This document shows positions 50,349 to 60,778 of a DNA stretch of 64,000 bases, piece by piece. Source of the DNA: Sedimenticolaceae bacterium (GTDB lineage: Bacteria > Pseudomonadota > Gammaproteobacteria > Chromatiales > Chromatiaceae). The number at the start of each line of letters is the position of its first letter. Within the stretch, counting starts at the first letter, position 1. The stretch is from assembly GCA_050291365.1 (NCBI GenBank), contig JBNKJS010000004.1, positions 84,307 to 148,306 of the forward strand, read 5' to 3'. The notes under the pieces are model-generated. The model was not told where the DNA came from. It saw only the letters and a program-made list of their open reading frames with translations, and did no database searches. A program made the position numbers and the translations under genes.

Positions 50349-50540
50349 TCAGGCATCCGGCACTTCTTCATCGGCCTCAAGGGTGCGGGCCTCGTCAACC
50401 AGCATTACCGGAATATCATCCCGTATGGGATATGCCAGTCTATCCGCCTTGCATATCAACTCTTGCGCATCTTTCAGGTAGACCAACTTCCCCTTACATA
50501 TGGGGCAGGCGAGAATATCCAGAAGTTTCTTATCCATCAA
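50349..50540 (-). CDS. ycaR: Trm112/YcaR family small zinc-ribbon-like protein
   Basis: 63 aa. [14 protein letters not shown]...[16 protein letters not shown]. Conserved position between lpxK and kdsB. Confidence 0.88.
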   Translation of the reverse strand: MMDKKLLDILACPICKGKLVYLKDAQELICKADRLAYPIRDDIPVMLVDEARTLEADEEVPDA

Positions 50541-51516
50541 TCAGATCCTTAATAAGCTTACTTAGCCGAATAGCAAACGCATCATGTAGCTGCGCATCCA
50601 CTCGTACATACCAGTGCTGCGGCTTGGCGAAGCGTCTGCACTTTACTGCGTCTTTTTCTGTCATTAATACTGTGGCATCTCCAGCAATCTCCAGGTCTGC
50701 CTTGGTATATTTGTAATGATCGGGAAAACCTACCCTCTCTATAGAGATGCCAGCATTTTCCAGCTGTTTAAAGAAACGTTCCGGGTTGCCAATGCCGGCC
50801 ATGGCATAGACTCTATCTTCCTCTCTAAAATCATCCAGCTTTCTGGTTTGGGAAGGATCAAGCAAGTTCACCACCTCAATATTTCCCAGCTGCATGATAT
50901 ATCGACCCGGACCAGTGGTGCCGTTGGATACAACCATATCCACTTTGCCCAACCTGCCGACTCTTTCGCGTAATGGTCCTGCAGGCAGGCAGAACCCATT
51001 CCCAAAACCTCTCTCTCCATCTACCACAGCAATTTCGATATCACGCCCCAGGGCGTAGTGCTGCAAACCGTCATCTGAAATTATCACATCACAGTCGACA
51101 TAGCGCTGCAGGGCCAGAGCAGCTACGGCGCGATCCGGACCCACACTAACTGGACAATCTGTTCTTCTGGCAATAAGAACCGGCTCATCTCCCACCGCTG
51201 TCGGATCACTTCCTGGCAGAACCTGTTGCGGCCAATATTTTGCGCTACCACCATAACCTCTTGAAACAATACCAGGCCTTAGGCCCATCTTTTTGAGGTA
51301 TTGTGCCAACCAGATGACCATGGGAGTTTTACCGGTACCGCCCACAGTTATATTTCCCACCACAATAACCGGAACTGATAAACGATGGGTTTTAAAGATC
51401 TTTAGACGGTAGGCAAGACGGCGCATCATTACCAGCAGGCAAAACAGCCAGGAAAAAGGCAGCAGGATCAGTGCAAGCCCATTACGGTCCCACCAAAAGG
51501 AATCAATTCGTTTCAC
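50530..51516 (-). CDS. lpxK: Tetraacyldisaccharide 4'-kinase
   Basis: 328 aa. P-loop [12 protein letters not shown], then SRGYGG. Confidence 0.93.
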   Translation of the reverse strand: MKRIDSFWWDRNGLALILLPFSWLFCLLVMMRRLAYRLKIFKTHRLSVPVIVVGNITVGGTGKTPMVIWLAQYLKKMGLRPGIVSRGYGGSAKYWPQQVLPGSDPTAVGDEPVLIARRTDCPVSVGPDRAVAALALQRYVDCDVIISDDGLQHYALGRDIEIAVVDGERGFGNGFCLPAGPLRERVGRLGKVDMVVSNGTTGPGRYIMQLGNIEVVNLLDPSQTRKLDDFREEDRVYAMAGIGNPERFFKQLENAGISIERVGFPDHYKYTKADLEIAGDATVLMTEKDAVKCRRFAKPQHWYVRVDAQLHDAFAIRLSKLIKDLIDG

Positions 51517-51938
51517 TTTTTATCTACTGGCTGCCTTGCCGTAAATGTCATATTTACCAACCCTAACTGACTGGCTGCATCCATAGCCTTTATTACCGCA
51601 TGGTGAGGAGTATTTGCGTCAGCAGATATGATAACCGGGAGATCACGCCGATCTTTTACCGCCTTGCCCACAGCTCGCATCAGGGTATCTAGTTCAGTGT
51701 TAATCACCTCGTTTTGATTAACGTAGAAGCGACCAGTGGCGTCGATGGTGATGTCGAGAACAGTATCCTTCTTATCACGCTCATCCTGGGTTGCGGCCTG
51801 TGGTAACTCAATCTTGATGCGTGACTCTTTATCAAAGGTGGTTGAAACCATGAAGAAGATCAACAACAGGAACACCACATCGATAAGTGGTGTCAGGTTT
51901 AGATCGGGCAACTCTTTTCGATTGGAACGAAAATTCAT
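51513..51938 (-). CDS. exbD: ExbD/TolR family biopolymer transport protein
   Basis: 141 aa. LNLTPLIDVVFLLLIFFM signature helix. Confidence 0.85.
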   Translation of the reverse strand: MNFRSNRKELPDLNLTPLIDVVFLLLIFFMVSTTFDKESRIKIELPQAATQDERDKKDTVLDITIDATGRFYVNQNEVINTELDTLMRAVGKAVKDRRDLPVIISADANTPHHAVIKAMDAASQLGLVNMTFTARQPVDKK

Positions 51939-51943
51939 TCAGC

Positions 51944-52558
51944 TTACTCCGATTCCCTTTTGCCCTGCATAACCTCAACCATCTTCAACGCCTCTTCTTC
52001 CATCATCACAACAAGTTGTTCTACCCTGCCTGTAAAGTAGCGGTGAAACATCAGGGCTGGGATGGCAACAGACAGTCCGGCTGCAGTGGTAATCAGGGCC
52101 TCGGATATACCTCCGGCTAGTACCGCAGGATCTCCCACGCCAACAAGTGTTATGGCGGAGAATACCTTGATCATACCGATAACTGTTCCCAGCAGACCCA
52201 GCAGGGGCGAGATGGATGCAATTGTACCAAGTGTATTTAGATAGCGTTCCAGGTCATGCACTACCTGATGACCTACCTCTTCTATCGCCTCCTTCATGAT
52301 CTCCCGACTATGTTCGCGGTTGATAATACCCGCAGCCAGAATACAGCCAAGAGGTGAACCAGCTTTAAGTGCGCTTATATGCTCAGAAGCCATGCCTCCG
52401 TCGCAGTGCAGTTTCCAGACCTGTGCCACCAGGTTATCCGGCACCACCCGTGACTGTCTCAGAGACCACAAACGCTCGATAATTATGGCCATGGCCACCA
52501 CCGAACAGAGAATAATCGGCAGCATCAGCCAACCGCCAGCAATTACCAGTTCATACAT
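51944..52558 (-). CDS. exbB: MotA/TolQ/ExbB family proton channel protein
   Basis: 204 aa with 3 TM helices. GLLGTVIGMI and EALITTAAGLSVAIP motifs. Confidence 0.85.
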   Translation of the reverse strand: MYELVIAGGWLMLPIILCSVVAMAIIIERLWSLRQSRVVPDNLVAQVWKLHCDGGMASEHISALKAGSPLGCILAAGIINREHSREIMKEAIEEVGHQVVHDLERYLNTLGTIASISPLLGLLGTVIGMIKVFSAITLVGVGDPAVLAGGISEALITTAAGLSVAIPALMFHRYFTGRVEQLVVMMEEEALKMVEVMQGKRESE

Positions 52559-52687
52559 CCTCGATATCCTTTAAGCTAATAGACGCCTCGATACTTCAGG
52601 GCATTAATTTTTTTCATATCATACTGCATTCAACCACCATTCCAAAAGGATTCAATCAGGATTTCCATCACATCTGATAAAACGACC

Positions 52688-54994
52688 CTATTTAATCGAT
52701 TGAAAAGGGTGATGCCAATAGCGAAGCCGTTGCAGTCGGTGTCTGATAGGCGCTGAAATAGAACCATTTGCGGCTATCTCTAGCTCAATTGCACCCAGTT
52801 CTGCGGTATTGAGAACCTTTGCCCCGGCGGAGCTCCAGCGTGCTACCACCTCAGCATTTGGAAAGCCGTAGCGATTAAGGTATCCAGTCGAGACAAAGGC
52901 GTATACGGGAGAAACCGCCTGAATAAAGCCTATGGATGATGAGGATTTACTACCGTGGTGTGGGATTATCACCATATCAGACTTTAACCTATCCCTTCGT
53001 TTTTCAACCAACCGCCTCTCAACCTTTTTCCCAATATCGCCCGGAATCATTAGGCTGCGGCCTGCCGCCTCTATTTTGAGGACACATGAGGAATTATTGC
53101 CTGCCCAGGGGGAAGTTGGTTCTGGATGCAGTATTTGGAAATTGACCCCATCCCACTCCCAGGAATAACCGGCTCTGCATAAACCGGAAACCACATCCAG
53201 GCGCCCAGGTTCTCCGCTTAGGATCGAAGCAATCTCCACCTGACCGAGAACACCCGTCAGGCCACCAATGTGGTCCATATCCCCATTACTCAGTATCAAC
53301 AGATCGACATAGTCGATCCCATAACTTTGTAGATATGGCAACACCACCGCAGAGCCAGTATTGAATTCATCTGAAAACCTTGGACCCAGATCGTAGAGCA
53401 GAGTATGACGATGGGTCCTGACCACAAGCGCAAGCCCCTGCCCCACATCCAATACCACGAAATTAACTGCACCATACTCGGGCTGTGCCGGACGTATAAG
53501 CACTACAGGAACAAGGAAAACAATACCCAACCAACGTGCTGGTACTCCCCGCGGTGACAGCAACAGCACCACACCAATGAGGGCAGATGGCCACACCCAA
53601 TATGGCAGCTCTGGAGTGGTCCATACCATAAAGGGAATAGTGCTGATGTAGCCTAGTCCATCCAGACCACTTGCCAGCATCCAATTCATTAGCGCCACCA
53701 TCTGGGCACCCAGAGGCTGAAACAGATACACCAGCAAAACCGTCAGCAGGGCTAAGGGGACAATAATGAAGCTGAACAGAGGTACAACAATCAGGTTAAC
53801 CAGTGGCGCCAACAGCGATACCTGAAAACTCATGGCCAGCAACACCGGTGCCAGACCCATGGCAACCGCCCACTGCACCCTACCCCACTGCTGCAGCCAA
53901 CCAATCTGACCGATGCGTCCGGAGATCCCAAAGAAGATCACGGCCACAGCCGTAAAGGAGAGCCAGAACCCGGCAGAGAGTACAGCCAGCGGATCCCAGA
54001 TCACCACCAACAGCAGGGCCAAGGCAAGGGCCCTGGATGGCTTGGGCAGACGTCTCAGCAAATATCCTAAGACAAACACCAGTAGCATTATTAAGGCACG
54101 CTGGGTGGGTATGGCAAAACCGGCCATGGCGGCATAGACCATAGCCGCTATCAAGCCGGCAATCGCCGCTGCATGTTGAGCTGGAATCAGCAGCAGCAAA
54201 CTGTGGGATAGACCCCAGAGCCGGCGCATAATGAAAAACAGCAGTCCGTAAACTATGCCAATATGCAGACCAGATATTGCAATCAGATGGCTGGTACCTG
54301 TTTTGGCGAATACCTGCCACTCTGGTTGCCTGATCCCGCTTCTATCCCCAACCACCAGCCCATTCAACAGGGCTGCGCCCTTTGGTTCGCTGGAGAGGGA
54401 GTTGATGCTATCCCTAATATGCTGGCGCCACTGCTGAATGGAGAACAGGCCATCTGACTCTCCCAGCAACTGGTTACGTTCACTTTTCCGCACATAGCCG
54501 CCGGCCCTGATTCCATGCTGGAACAGCCAGCCCTCGTAATCAAACCCTCCGGGATTGAAAAATCCACGTGGGCGCTTAAGGCGCAACATCAGCCCCCATC
54601 TCTGGCCAGCCTTTATCTTTGGGGCGAACTTGTACCAGCTTACTCTTATCCGCCCAGGCGACGACTGTTCAGCCCCGTCCAGTTCCATGCGTTCTACCTG
54701 AAACTCAAACCTGGTGCGCCTCTCTATCTGATCTGGAAGTGAAACCACCACCCCCTCCACATAAAGATCCTTGCCTTGCAACTCATTCGCAATCCCATTA
54801 TCCATGATGGTATGGGCATGGAGTAATGCCCACAGAAAACCCAGCATCAGGGCCAAAAGTGGACGCGATCTCCGTAAATAATAGAAAGACACAAGCAGAA
54901 TTGGGATGGCAGCAGCCAACCATAGTGGAGGCAATTCCGTCTGCCACTGCAAAAACAAGACCCCGGCTAGAAAATGTAACGTCCCTGTAACCAC
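52688..54994 (-). CDS. comEC: DNA internalization-related competence protein ComEC/Rec2
   Basis: 768 aa. DUF4131-like N-terminus, a polytopic competence domain (SHLIAISGLHIG), and a C-terminal metallo-beta-lactamase domain (HPHHGS-like: IPHHGSKSS). Confidence 0.9.
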   Translation of the reverse strand: MVTGTLHFLAGVLFLQWQTELPPLWLAAAIPILLVSFYYLRRSRPLLALMLGFLWALLHAHTIMDNGIANELQGKDLYVEGVVVSLPDQIERRTRFEFQVERMELDGAEQSSPGRIRVSWYKFAPKIKAGQRWGLMLRLKRPRGFFNPGGFDYEGWLFQHGIRAGGYVRKSERNQLLGESDGLFSIQQWRQHIRDSINSLSSEPKGAALLNGLVVGDRSGIRQPEWQVFAKTGTSHLIAISGLHIGIVYGLLFFIMRRLWGLSHSLLLLIPAQHAAAIAGLIAAMVYAAMAGFAIPTQRALIMLLVFVLGYLLRRLPKPSRALALALLLVVIWDPLAVLSAGFWLSFTAVAVIFFGISGRIGQIGWLQQWGRVQWAVAMGLAPVLLAMSFQVSLLAPLVNLIVVPLFSFIIVPLALLTVLLVYLFQPLGAQMVALMNWMLASGLDGLGYISTIPFMVWTTPELPYWVWPSALIGVVLLLSPRGVPARWLGIVFLVPVVLIRPAQPEYGAVNFVVLDVGQGLALVVRTHRHTLLYDLGPRFSDEFNTGSAVVLPYLQSYGIDYVDLLILSNGDMDHIGGLTGVLGQVEIASILSGEPGRLDVVSGLCRAGYSWEWDGVNFQILHPEPTSPWAGNNSSCVLKIEAAGRSLMIPGDIGKKVERRLVEKRRDRLKSDMVIIPHHGSKSSSSIGFIQAVSPVYAFVSTGYLNRYGFPNAEVVARWSSAGAKVLNTAELGAIELEIAANGSISAPIRHRLQRLRYWHHPFQSIK

Positions 54995-55135
54995 ATCTAT
55001 CCCTTTACTGTGTTAATTTGCTTTTATGCTGCAACATTACTGCATTATTTTGTAGTCAAAACAGCTGTTACATGCTTGAATACAGACAGATAACAACAAG
55101 AAAATCTGCTGGTTGGAATCACTTTTGGAACTTGA

Positions 55136-55660
55136 ATGCCAAAACGTATTATTAGGCGCTTTACGCCAGACCATGAAACCATAAGGAATCACAAGCATCT
55201 ACGCATGTTTGGCGACCTGCTTCACGATTCTAACCTCTGGCATATGAATCGCCGCTCGGTTTCCGGCGCCTTTGCTGTGGGGCTGTTCTGGGCCTTTGTG
55301 CCCATGCCCTTCCAGATGGTGGCCGCCGCCGCTACCGCAATTCTCGCCAGGGTAAATCTGCCAATCTCCGTTGCCCTGGTCTGGATAACCAACCCCATAA
55401 CCATTCCACCCATGTTTTACTCCACCTACCTGGTTGGGGCCTGGATACTGAATGAGCCTCCGCAGGATCTTGAGTTCGAACTCTCTATGGAGTGGATGGC
55501 TGAATACCTGGCTGGCATCTGGCAGCCCCTGCTACTGGGAAGCCTGCTATGTGGAGTTATCGCATCCATTCTTGGCTATGTACTTATCCGTGGCCTTTGG
55601 CGCTGGCACATCATATCCCACATACGCAAACGCAAAGAGCGCTACAGCAAAGAGAATTAA
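55136..55660 (+). CDS. DUF2062 family membrane protein
   Basis: 174 aa. It has the same position relative to comEC and lol genes as in Pseudomonas. [18 protein letters not shown]...[12 protein letters not shown] is typical of the family (from memory). Confidence 0.7.
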   Translation: MPKRIIRRFTPDHETIRNHKHLRMFGDLLHDSNLWHMNRRSVSGAFAVGLFWAFVPMPFQMVAAAATAILARVNLPISVALVWITNPITIPPMFYSTYLVGAWILNEPPQDLEFELSMEWMAEYLAGIWQPLLLGSLLCGVIASILGYVLIRGLWRWHIISHIRKRKERYSKEN

Positions 55661-56337
55661 GCAGTTAGAAAACCGTCATCCAGATGCAGTACCCGGTCCA
55701 TCCTCTTGGCTATGTCCAGATCATGGGTGACTACCACAAAACTTGTGCCCTGTTCCCGGTTTAGCTCCAACATTATTTCGTAAACCTGCTCTGCGGTATG
55801 TCGATCCAGATTTCCTGTAGGCTCATCAGCAAATACACATCTGGGATTGTTTATCAGTGCCCGAGCGATCGCAGCACGCTGGCGCTCACCGCCCGACAAC
55901 TCACTTGGCTTGTGAGCAAGTCTATGCTTCAACCCCACCTTTTCCAGCATCTGGCTTGAGCGCGCTCTTGCCGTTGCCACATCCACCCCTCCTAGCAACA
56001 GTGGCATGGCAGTATTCTCCAGTGCCGAGAACTCAGGAAGGAGATGATGGAACTGATAGATGAACCCCATTTCACTGTTGCGCAGTTGTCCCCGCTCAGC
56101 ATCATCCAACTTGGCTAGATTTTTACCAGACATCAGAATCTCTCCACTGTTTGGCAAATCTAGACCACCAAGACAGTGCAGCAGAGTACTTTTACCGGAG
56201 CCAGAGCATCCAACGATGGCTATCCTCTCACCGGCATTGATATCCAAATCCACCCCTCTCAGCACCTCTACTCTGGAGGCACCATCATCAAAGGTACGCA
56301 CCAAACCCCTGCACTCCAATACTGCTCTATCATTCAT
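55657..56337 (-). CDS. lolD: Lipoprotein-releasing ABC transporter ATP-binding protein
   Basis: Walker [10 protein letters not shown], signature LSGGERQR, Walker [12 protein letters not shown]. Start set at ATG 56337 ([12 protein letters not shown]), overlapping the permease stop by 8 nt. Confidence 0.9.
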   Translation of the reverse strand: MNDRAVLECRGLVRTFDDGASRVEVLRGVDLDINAGERIAIVGCSGSGKSTLLHCLGGLDLPNSGEILMSGKNLAKLDDAERGQLRNSEMGFIYQFHHLLPEFSALENTAMPLLLGGVDVATARARSSQMLEKVGLKHRLAHKPSELSGGERQRAAIARALINNPRCVFADEPTGNLDRHTAEQVYEIMLELNREQGTSFVVVTHDLDIAKRMDRVLHLDDGFLTA

Positions 56338-57577
56338 AGCGCAGAGCCTCGGCAGGTTGTACTCTGGATGCCCGCCAGGCTGGATAGATAGTAGCAAGCA
56401 GGGTTATCAGAAATGCAGTGATGCTAACCATGGTCACGTCACTGAGATGCATATCAGAGGGCAGTTCACTTATGTAGTAGATATTTGGGTCAAGGAAGTC
56501 CACATTAAATACCTGCTCAATGCTCTTGACCAGCGCCTCAATATTTAGTGAGAGCAAGATGCCACCGATGATACCTGCGACGGTACCCGCGAACCCTATG
56601 GTTGCTCCCTGCACCACAAATATCCCCATGATGCTTCTGGGAGAGGCTCCCAGGGTACGCAGTATGGCGATATCGCTCTGTTTATCGGTAACCACCATGA
56701 CCAGGGTAGATACTATATTGAATGCGGCAACTGCTACGATCAAAAACAGGATTAGTCCCATCATGCGTTTTTCCGTGCGTAGGGCGCGAAAGAAGTTACT
56801 GTGGTGCATGGTCCAGTCTGTAACCCGATACATTCCTGGTAGCTGGTATGCAAGCTCGTGTGTGACCTCTGGAGCCTTGTAAAGATCATCCAGTTTAAGG
56901 CGCACACCGGTTACCCCATCCCCCATACGCAATAGTTTTGCTGCATCCTGCATATGGACAATTGCAACACCTCGGTCATACTCACCCATGCCAACCTCAA
57001 AGATACCGACTACACTGAAGTTCTTAAGGCGCGGCAACGCCCCAGCTATGGTTTGACTAACCTTGGGAGTGACAACAGTCACCTCGTCCCCCACCACCAC
57101 ATTGAGAATTGAGGCAAGTTCACGTCCCAGGATGATACTAAACTTGCCTGCCTCCAGCTTGGATAGATTCCCCGCGCGCATATGCTCATCCACATCGGAA
57201 ACCTTAGTTTCGTGCTCAGTCAAAACACCTCGCAAAATGGCACCGCTGACATTTTCCCCGCTTGTCAGCATGGCCTGTGTCTCGACAAATGGCGCCTGCC
57301 CCACCACTCTGCTATGCCCCTTTGATTGCTCTATTACCTGCCGCCAATCTTCCAGAGGTCCGTCCACTGCCCTAATGGTGGCATGTGAGGCCATTCCCAA
57401 AATGCGCTCACGCACCTCCTTGTGGAACCCATTCATCACTGACATGACTGTAATCAACGCCATCACGCCTAGCATGATGCCCAGCATGGAGCTGACTGAA
57501 ATAAAGGATATGAAATGGTTACGCCGTTTGGCTCGGGTATAGCGCAATCCAATATAGAGTTCGAGTGGTCTAAACAT
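56330..57577 (-). CDS. Lipoprotein-releasing ABC transporter permease (LolC/LolE/LolF family)
   Basis: [27 protein letters not shown] is the canonical LolC/E N-terminus (ATG 57577). It has MacB-type periplasmic and FtsX domains. It is the only permease gene adjacent to lolD. Confidence 0.9.
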   Translation of the reverse strand: MFRPLELYIGLRYTRAKRRNHFISFISVSSMLGIMLGVMALITVMSVMNGFHKEVRERILGMASHATIRAVDGPLEDWRQVIEQSKGHSRVVGQAPFVETQAMLTSGENVSGAILRGVLTEHETKVSDVDEHMRAGNLSKLEAGKFSIILGRELASILNVVVGDEVTVVTPKVSQTIAGALPRLKNFSVVGIFEVGMGEYDRGVAIVHMQDAAKLLRMGDGVTGVRLKLDDLYKAPEVTHELAYQLPGMYRVTDWTMHHSNFFRALRTEKRMMGLILFLIVAVAAFNIVSTLVMVVTDKQSDIAILRTLGASPRSIMGIFVVQGATIGFAGTVAGIIGGILLSLNIEALVKSIEQVFNVDFLDPNIYYISELPSDMHLSDVTMVSITAFLITLLATIYPAWRASRVQPAEALRYE

Positions 57578-57731
57578 AGTGCGCATTAAACCATATTCCA
57601 GCAAAAATTGACTCTAAGATTCAGCATTTGAGACTATTTAGCTCTCCCCTCTGGATGAGTGCTGGCGGATGACTTATAGTGTTGGTATCTATATTATTTG
57701 GCTGAGACATTTTCAATAAAGGAGTAATTAA

Positions 57732-58049
57732 ATGAACCGTAGATTCATAGGTCCATTTTTGAAACTGATCCTGGCATCCTGCCTTGCCATTACGGTATTT
57801 TCAGTTAGCGCTGATACACTGCTGATTGATGCCATCTCAGAGGCCCCACCGAATAATCCATCAGGGTTACTGCGCCCCACCAACGGACAAACAATGAAGA
57901 TGGTACTTGCCAAGTTTGGCCAGCCCAGCGAAAAACTGCCTCCGGTAGGTAATCCTCCGATTACGCGTTGGGTGTATGAGGAATTTACCGTCTATTTTGA
58001 ACACAAACTGGTAGTAAATAGCGCAGTACACTTGGATCATTATAGATAA
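57732..58049 (+). CDS. Small exported protein (possible lipoprotein, BamE/SmpA-like fold?)
   Basis: 105 aa. The signal peptide has a possible lipobox LASC. GQTMKMVLAKFGQP...WVYEEFTVYFE loosely resembles SmpA/OmlA-type domains. Confidence 0.45.
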   Translation: MNRRFIGPFLKLILASCLAITVFSVSADTLLIDAISEAPPNNPSGLLRPTNGQTMKMVLAKFGQPSEKLPPVGNPPITRWVYEEFTVYFEHKLVVNSAVHLDHYR

Positions 58050-58099
58050 TAGGATAGCCGGCCCGAAAAAGTCCGAAACCGGCGTAGTTCTTATGACAT

Positions 58100-58414
58100 C
58101 TATCTCGCCACAAAGGGATAGGTTATTAACACCCCTAAGATCGAAGCGGCCAGTGAATTGGCTATTAGTATGGAGTAACGCAATACTAAATTTTTCTGAG
58201 CTTTAAAGTACTTATAAAAGACAAAAGATAGAGCACTTAGGATAACAACCAAGGGCATTGAGATAATAAACAGGAACCCGGCGAATCTACCTGGAGGAAA
58301 TACGGCGCCGACCAATTGATTTGTGCAGAAATAAGCGAGTAGAGCAACGAAAAACGCATATATTATTTTTTCCACTAAATCATCTTGCTTTGGTTCTTCT
58401 TGTTCAGAATTCAT
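58100..58414 (-). CDS. Small 3-TM membrane protein, unknown function
   Basis: 104 aa, AT-rich. An acidic N-terminus is followed by three hydrophobic helices. Confidence 0.4.
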   Translation of the reverse strand: MNSEQEEPKQDDLVEKIIYAFFVALLAYFCTNQLVGAVFPPGRFAGFLFIISMPLVVILSALSFVFYKYFKAQKNLVLRYSILIANSLAASILGVLITYPFVAR

Positions 58415-58584
58415 AGCCTACCCGTAACCTCTCATTCAACGGTAAATTTCTCGACCTAGAGGTTATCACTGTTAGGGAATTTGTTCACCTATAAACTTCT
58501 GCGACCTAGCCCAGCCAGCCATATAGCTAAATATCATCAATATCTAACCAATCTAGTTGATCATTTCCTGTTTGAAATATTGCT

Positions 58585-59028
58585 TCAGTCGTCTGGGAGC
58601 TCTCGAATCTCTTGCTCCAGGATATCCAGCGCTTGCAGCAGAGATTCTGAAACACCAACCAACTCCTCCATGTAACCCCTAGCGAGAACCAGTCGTTCGT
58701 TTTGCCTATCCTCCTTTGAGGAAAATAGTTTCTTAAATACGCCAGCACTATCTTTTGCATGCAGTAACTCAAAAATCCTTTTATAGATTTCATGCAACAT
58801 CTCATGGGGGGTATATATTGATTCGTACGATGTAAGGTGACCAAGTTTTGCCTTGCCTTCACCATGGTACCATTGACCAAAAGCGCAGCTCGTGTGCTCT
58901 ACTGGAATCTTATCGTCACTAACGGATACCCCGGCAACAAGTGCCTGGGCATATGAGCGCCATTTGATGTGCGCACCTTTGGCCCCACGCAGTTTATCCA
59001 ACGCAACTTTTTTGTTTATTGAAGGCAT
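58585..59028 (-). CDS. Stand-alone CZB (chemoreceptor zinc-binding) domain protein
   Basis: Full CZB signature H-x2-W-x24-C-x-F-G-x-W-x21-H-x3-H (HIKW...CAFGQW...HEMLH). Start set at ATG 59028, which has a GGAG SD. The track start at 59094 has no SD. Confidence 0.8.
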   Translation of the reverse strand: MPSINKKVALDKLRGAKGAHIKWRSYAQALVAGVSVSDDKIPVEHTSCAFGQWYHGEGKAKLGHLTSYESIYTPHEMLHEIYKRIFELLHAKDSAGVFKKLFSSKEDRQNERLVLARGYMEELVGVSESLLQALDILEQEIRELPDD

Positions 59029-59242
59029 CTCTATACTCCAAGGTTTGGTTAAATTTCTCGCTTCTAAAAAAAAGAAGCGTAAAGGTTTCACCATGTTATA
59101 TGGCGCGGAAAAAAGAGACTTCCAGCTAGTTATTGTTATTACTGGTTATAGTGTTACACCAACACTTACTTTTTACCGTGTATTTATTATCATATCTCAA
59201 AAATTAAACGACAATCCAGGCACAAAATACATTTCTCGTTTT

Positions 59243-59271
59243 AGAAAATAAACATGCCATTTTGTATGGCA
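59243..59271 (-). terminator. Hairpin/terminator after the cytochrome b561 gene
   Basis: The minus strand reads TGCCAT-ACAAA-ATGGCA followed by TGTTTATTTTCT. The stem is short, so this is tentative. Confidence 0.4.
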
Positions 59272-59282
59272 ATTATTAATAA

Positions 59283-59978
59283 TCACACTGTCAACCAATA
59301 CACTACAGCTACGCTGATAGCAAACAGTGTTAAGGCAAACAAAACGCCTCCACCTCGCGCATTCTCGGCCTTTACGCCTGGAGGCAGATCTTTGTAGCCG
59401 GTAAACATTGCAGACAGCAGATCCTCTCCTTTGAATAGCTTGTGCCATATAACTGCGGCAACATGCAGACCAACAAGAACCAGCAGAATATTGAACAGAT
59501 CATAATGCAGCCCTGTTATATAATCGCTAGTATCCTTTGAAACAAGATAGGCAAGTGGCCCTTCGAATAGAACGTCGTCATTGGCAAATAGCCCCAGCAT
59601 CGACTGGAGAAATACTACGGCCAGCAGCAGCAAAACCATCCATCCACCTAGAGGGTTATGGCCGATGACAAACTTATGCGGATGTGACAACAGAGAACGC
59701 GCGTAAGCCAGCACGACACTGGGACCACGCACAAACTGGGAGAAACGCGCATAGCTGCTACCCACAATCCCCCACATAACCCGAAATAGCACCAGGGCAG
59801 TAGCAGCAAGGCCCAGGGTCGCATGGAGTTCTATGGCCCCATCCAGCAGTTCGGCAGTAACAAACAGGGCCACCATCAACGCCACCAGGGTCCAGTGGAA
59901 CAGACGTACTGAAATATCCCAAACAAACACCCTTGAACTATCATGGTGAACAGGAGGATTCTGAACCTGATGTGACAT
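59283..59978 (-). CDS. Cytochrome b561 / Ni-Fe hydrogenase b-type cytochrome family membrane protein
   Basis: 231 aa with 4 TM helices and conserved His residues (RLFHWTLV, ELHATLG, GLHVAAVIWH). Confidence 0.8.
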   Translation of the reverse strand: MSHQVQNPPVHHDSSRVFVWDISVRLFHWTLVALMVALFVTAELLDGAIELHATLGLAATALVLFRVMWGIVGSSYARFSQFVRGPSVVLAYARSLLSHPHKFVIGHNPLGGWMVLLLLAVVFLQSMLGLFANDDVLFEGPLAYLVSKDTSDYITGLHYDLFNILLVLVGLHVAAVIWHKLFKGEDLLSAMFTGYKDLPPGVKAENARGGGVLFALTLFAISVAVVYWLTV

Positions 59979-60004
59979 AGAGATTATCCCAAACTACATC
60001 CAAT

Positions 60005-60037
60005 CAAAACAAAAAGGCCGCATGTCTCCATGCGGCC
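60005..60037 (-). terminator. Rho-independent terminator after the cytochrome c' gene
   Basis: The minus strand reads GGCCGCATG-GAGA-CATGCGGCC followed by TTTTTGTTTT. Confidence 0.75.
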
Positions 60038-60053
60038 GTTGATCAAGTAATTG

Positions 60054-60512
60054 TTAGTGATCTTCCTTGAACTTTTTATGGCAAGATTTGCAGCTCTTAG
60101 CAGTTGTTCCAAACTGCTCAAACATGGCTTTCTGGTCACCACCTTTGCTGCTCTGTACCAGCTTGGCTACTTCCTGTTGAAATTTTTCAGCAATCTTTTT
60201 GAACTCTTCTGGTTTTGTCCATACTTCTGGTTTGGACTCTGATTTACCTACGTTAGACTCGGGGATGAAGAACTCCCAAGGCATATTGGATAGCACTTCC
60301 AAATTAGCTGCGCGCTTGGCGAACTCTTCCTGATTAAAAGGCTTCTTTCCCTTGGCCATAGCACCCATGGGGCCGACATTGGCAGCCATTAGAGTAAACG
60401 CTGCCTTACGGGCCTTCACAGCTTGCTCTTTAGGATCCCGCTCCTTGTCCGCAACAGCGGCGCCTGCACACAATGCAAGAACCACGGCGGTAACTACAGA
60501 AATCTTCTTCAT
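60054..60512 (-). CDS. cycP: Cytochrome c' (class II cytochrome c)
   Basis: Start at ATG 60512 (MKKISVVTAVVLALCAGAAVA signal peptide). Four-helix-bundle-length protein with a single CxxCH (CKSCH) close to the C-terminus, diagnostic of class II c-type cytochromes. Confidence 0.85.
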   Translation of the reverse strand: MKKISVVTAVVLALCAGAAVADKERDPKEQAVKARKAAFTLMAANVGPMGAMAKGKKPFNQEEFAKRAANLEVLSNMPWEFFIPESNVGKSESKPEVWTKPEEFKKIAEKFQQEVAKLVQSSKGGDQKAMFEQFGTTAKSCKSCHKKFKEDH

Positions 60513-60778
60513 AATATAATCGTCTCCATTTTGTTGATATTCCATCATACAGTCATGTTACCAAGCCATATGATACATACTTTATTACAATTCCAGATAT
60601 ATTGGGTTGGTCTGAGTTAAAATCAACCTGTCGATATGACCTAACCATGAAAATTAGGTTCATTCAAACTATAGTCTAATACTGTTACAGGTCTCACAGA
60701 ATCCGATCATTTCAGTTCGTGTAATATCCTGACAAACAATCAGCTTTTGAACTAGTATGATTTAGAATCAAGTAATTA

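Noticed and set aside
58426-58470. An 8-of-9 inverted repeat GTAACCTCT-N24-AGAGGTTAT lies between the CZB gene and the small 3-TM gene.
   Set aside because: The long spacer and short arms make either a hairpin or an operator speculative. There is no second copy or supporting context.
60534-60547. An FNR/Dnr-like half-palindrome TTGAT-ATTCC-ATCA lies upstream of cytochrome c'.
   Set aside because: The spacer is 5 nt rather than 4 and the second half-site is incomplete. It also lies only about 20-35 nt upstream of the likely start codon, too close for a class II activator site.
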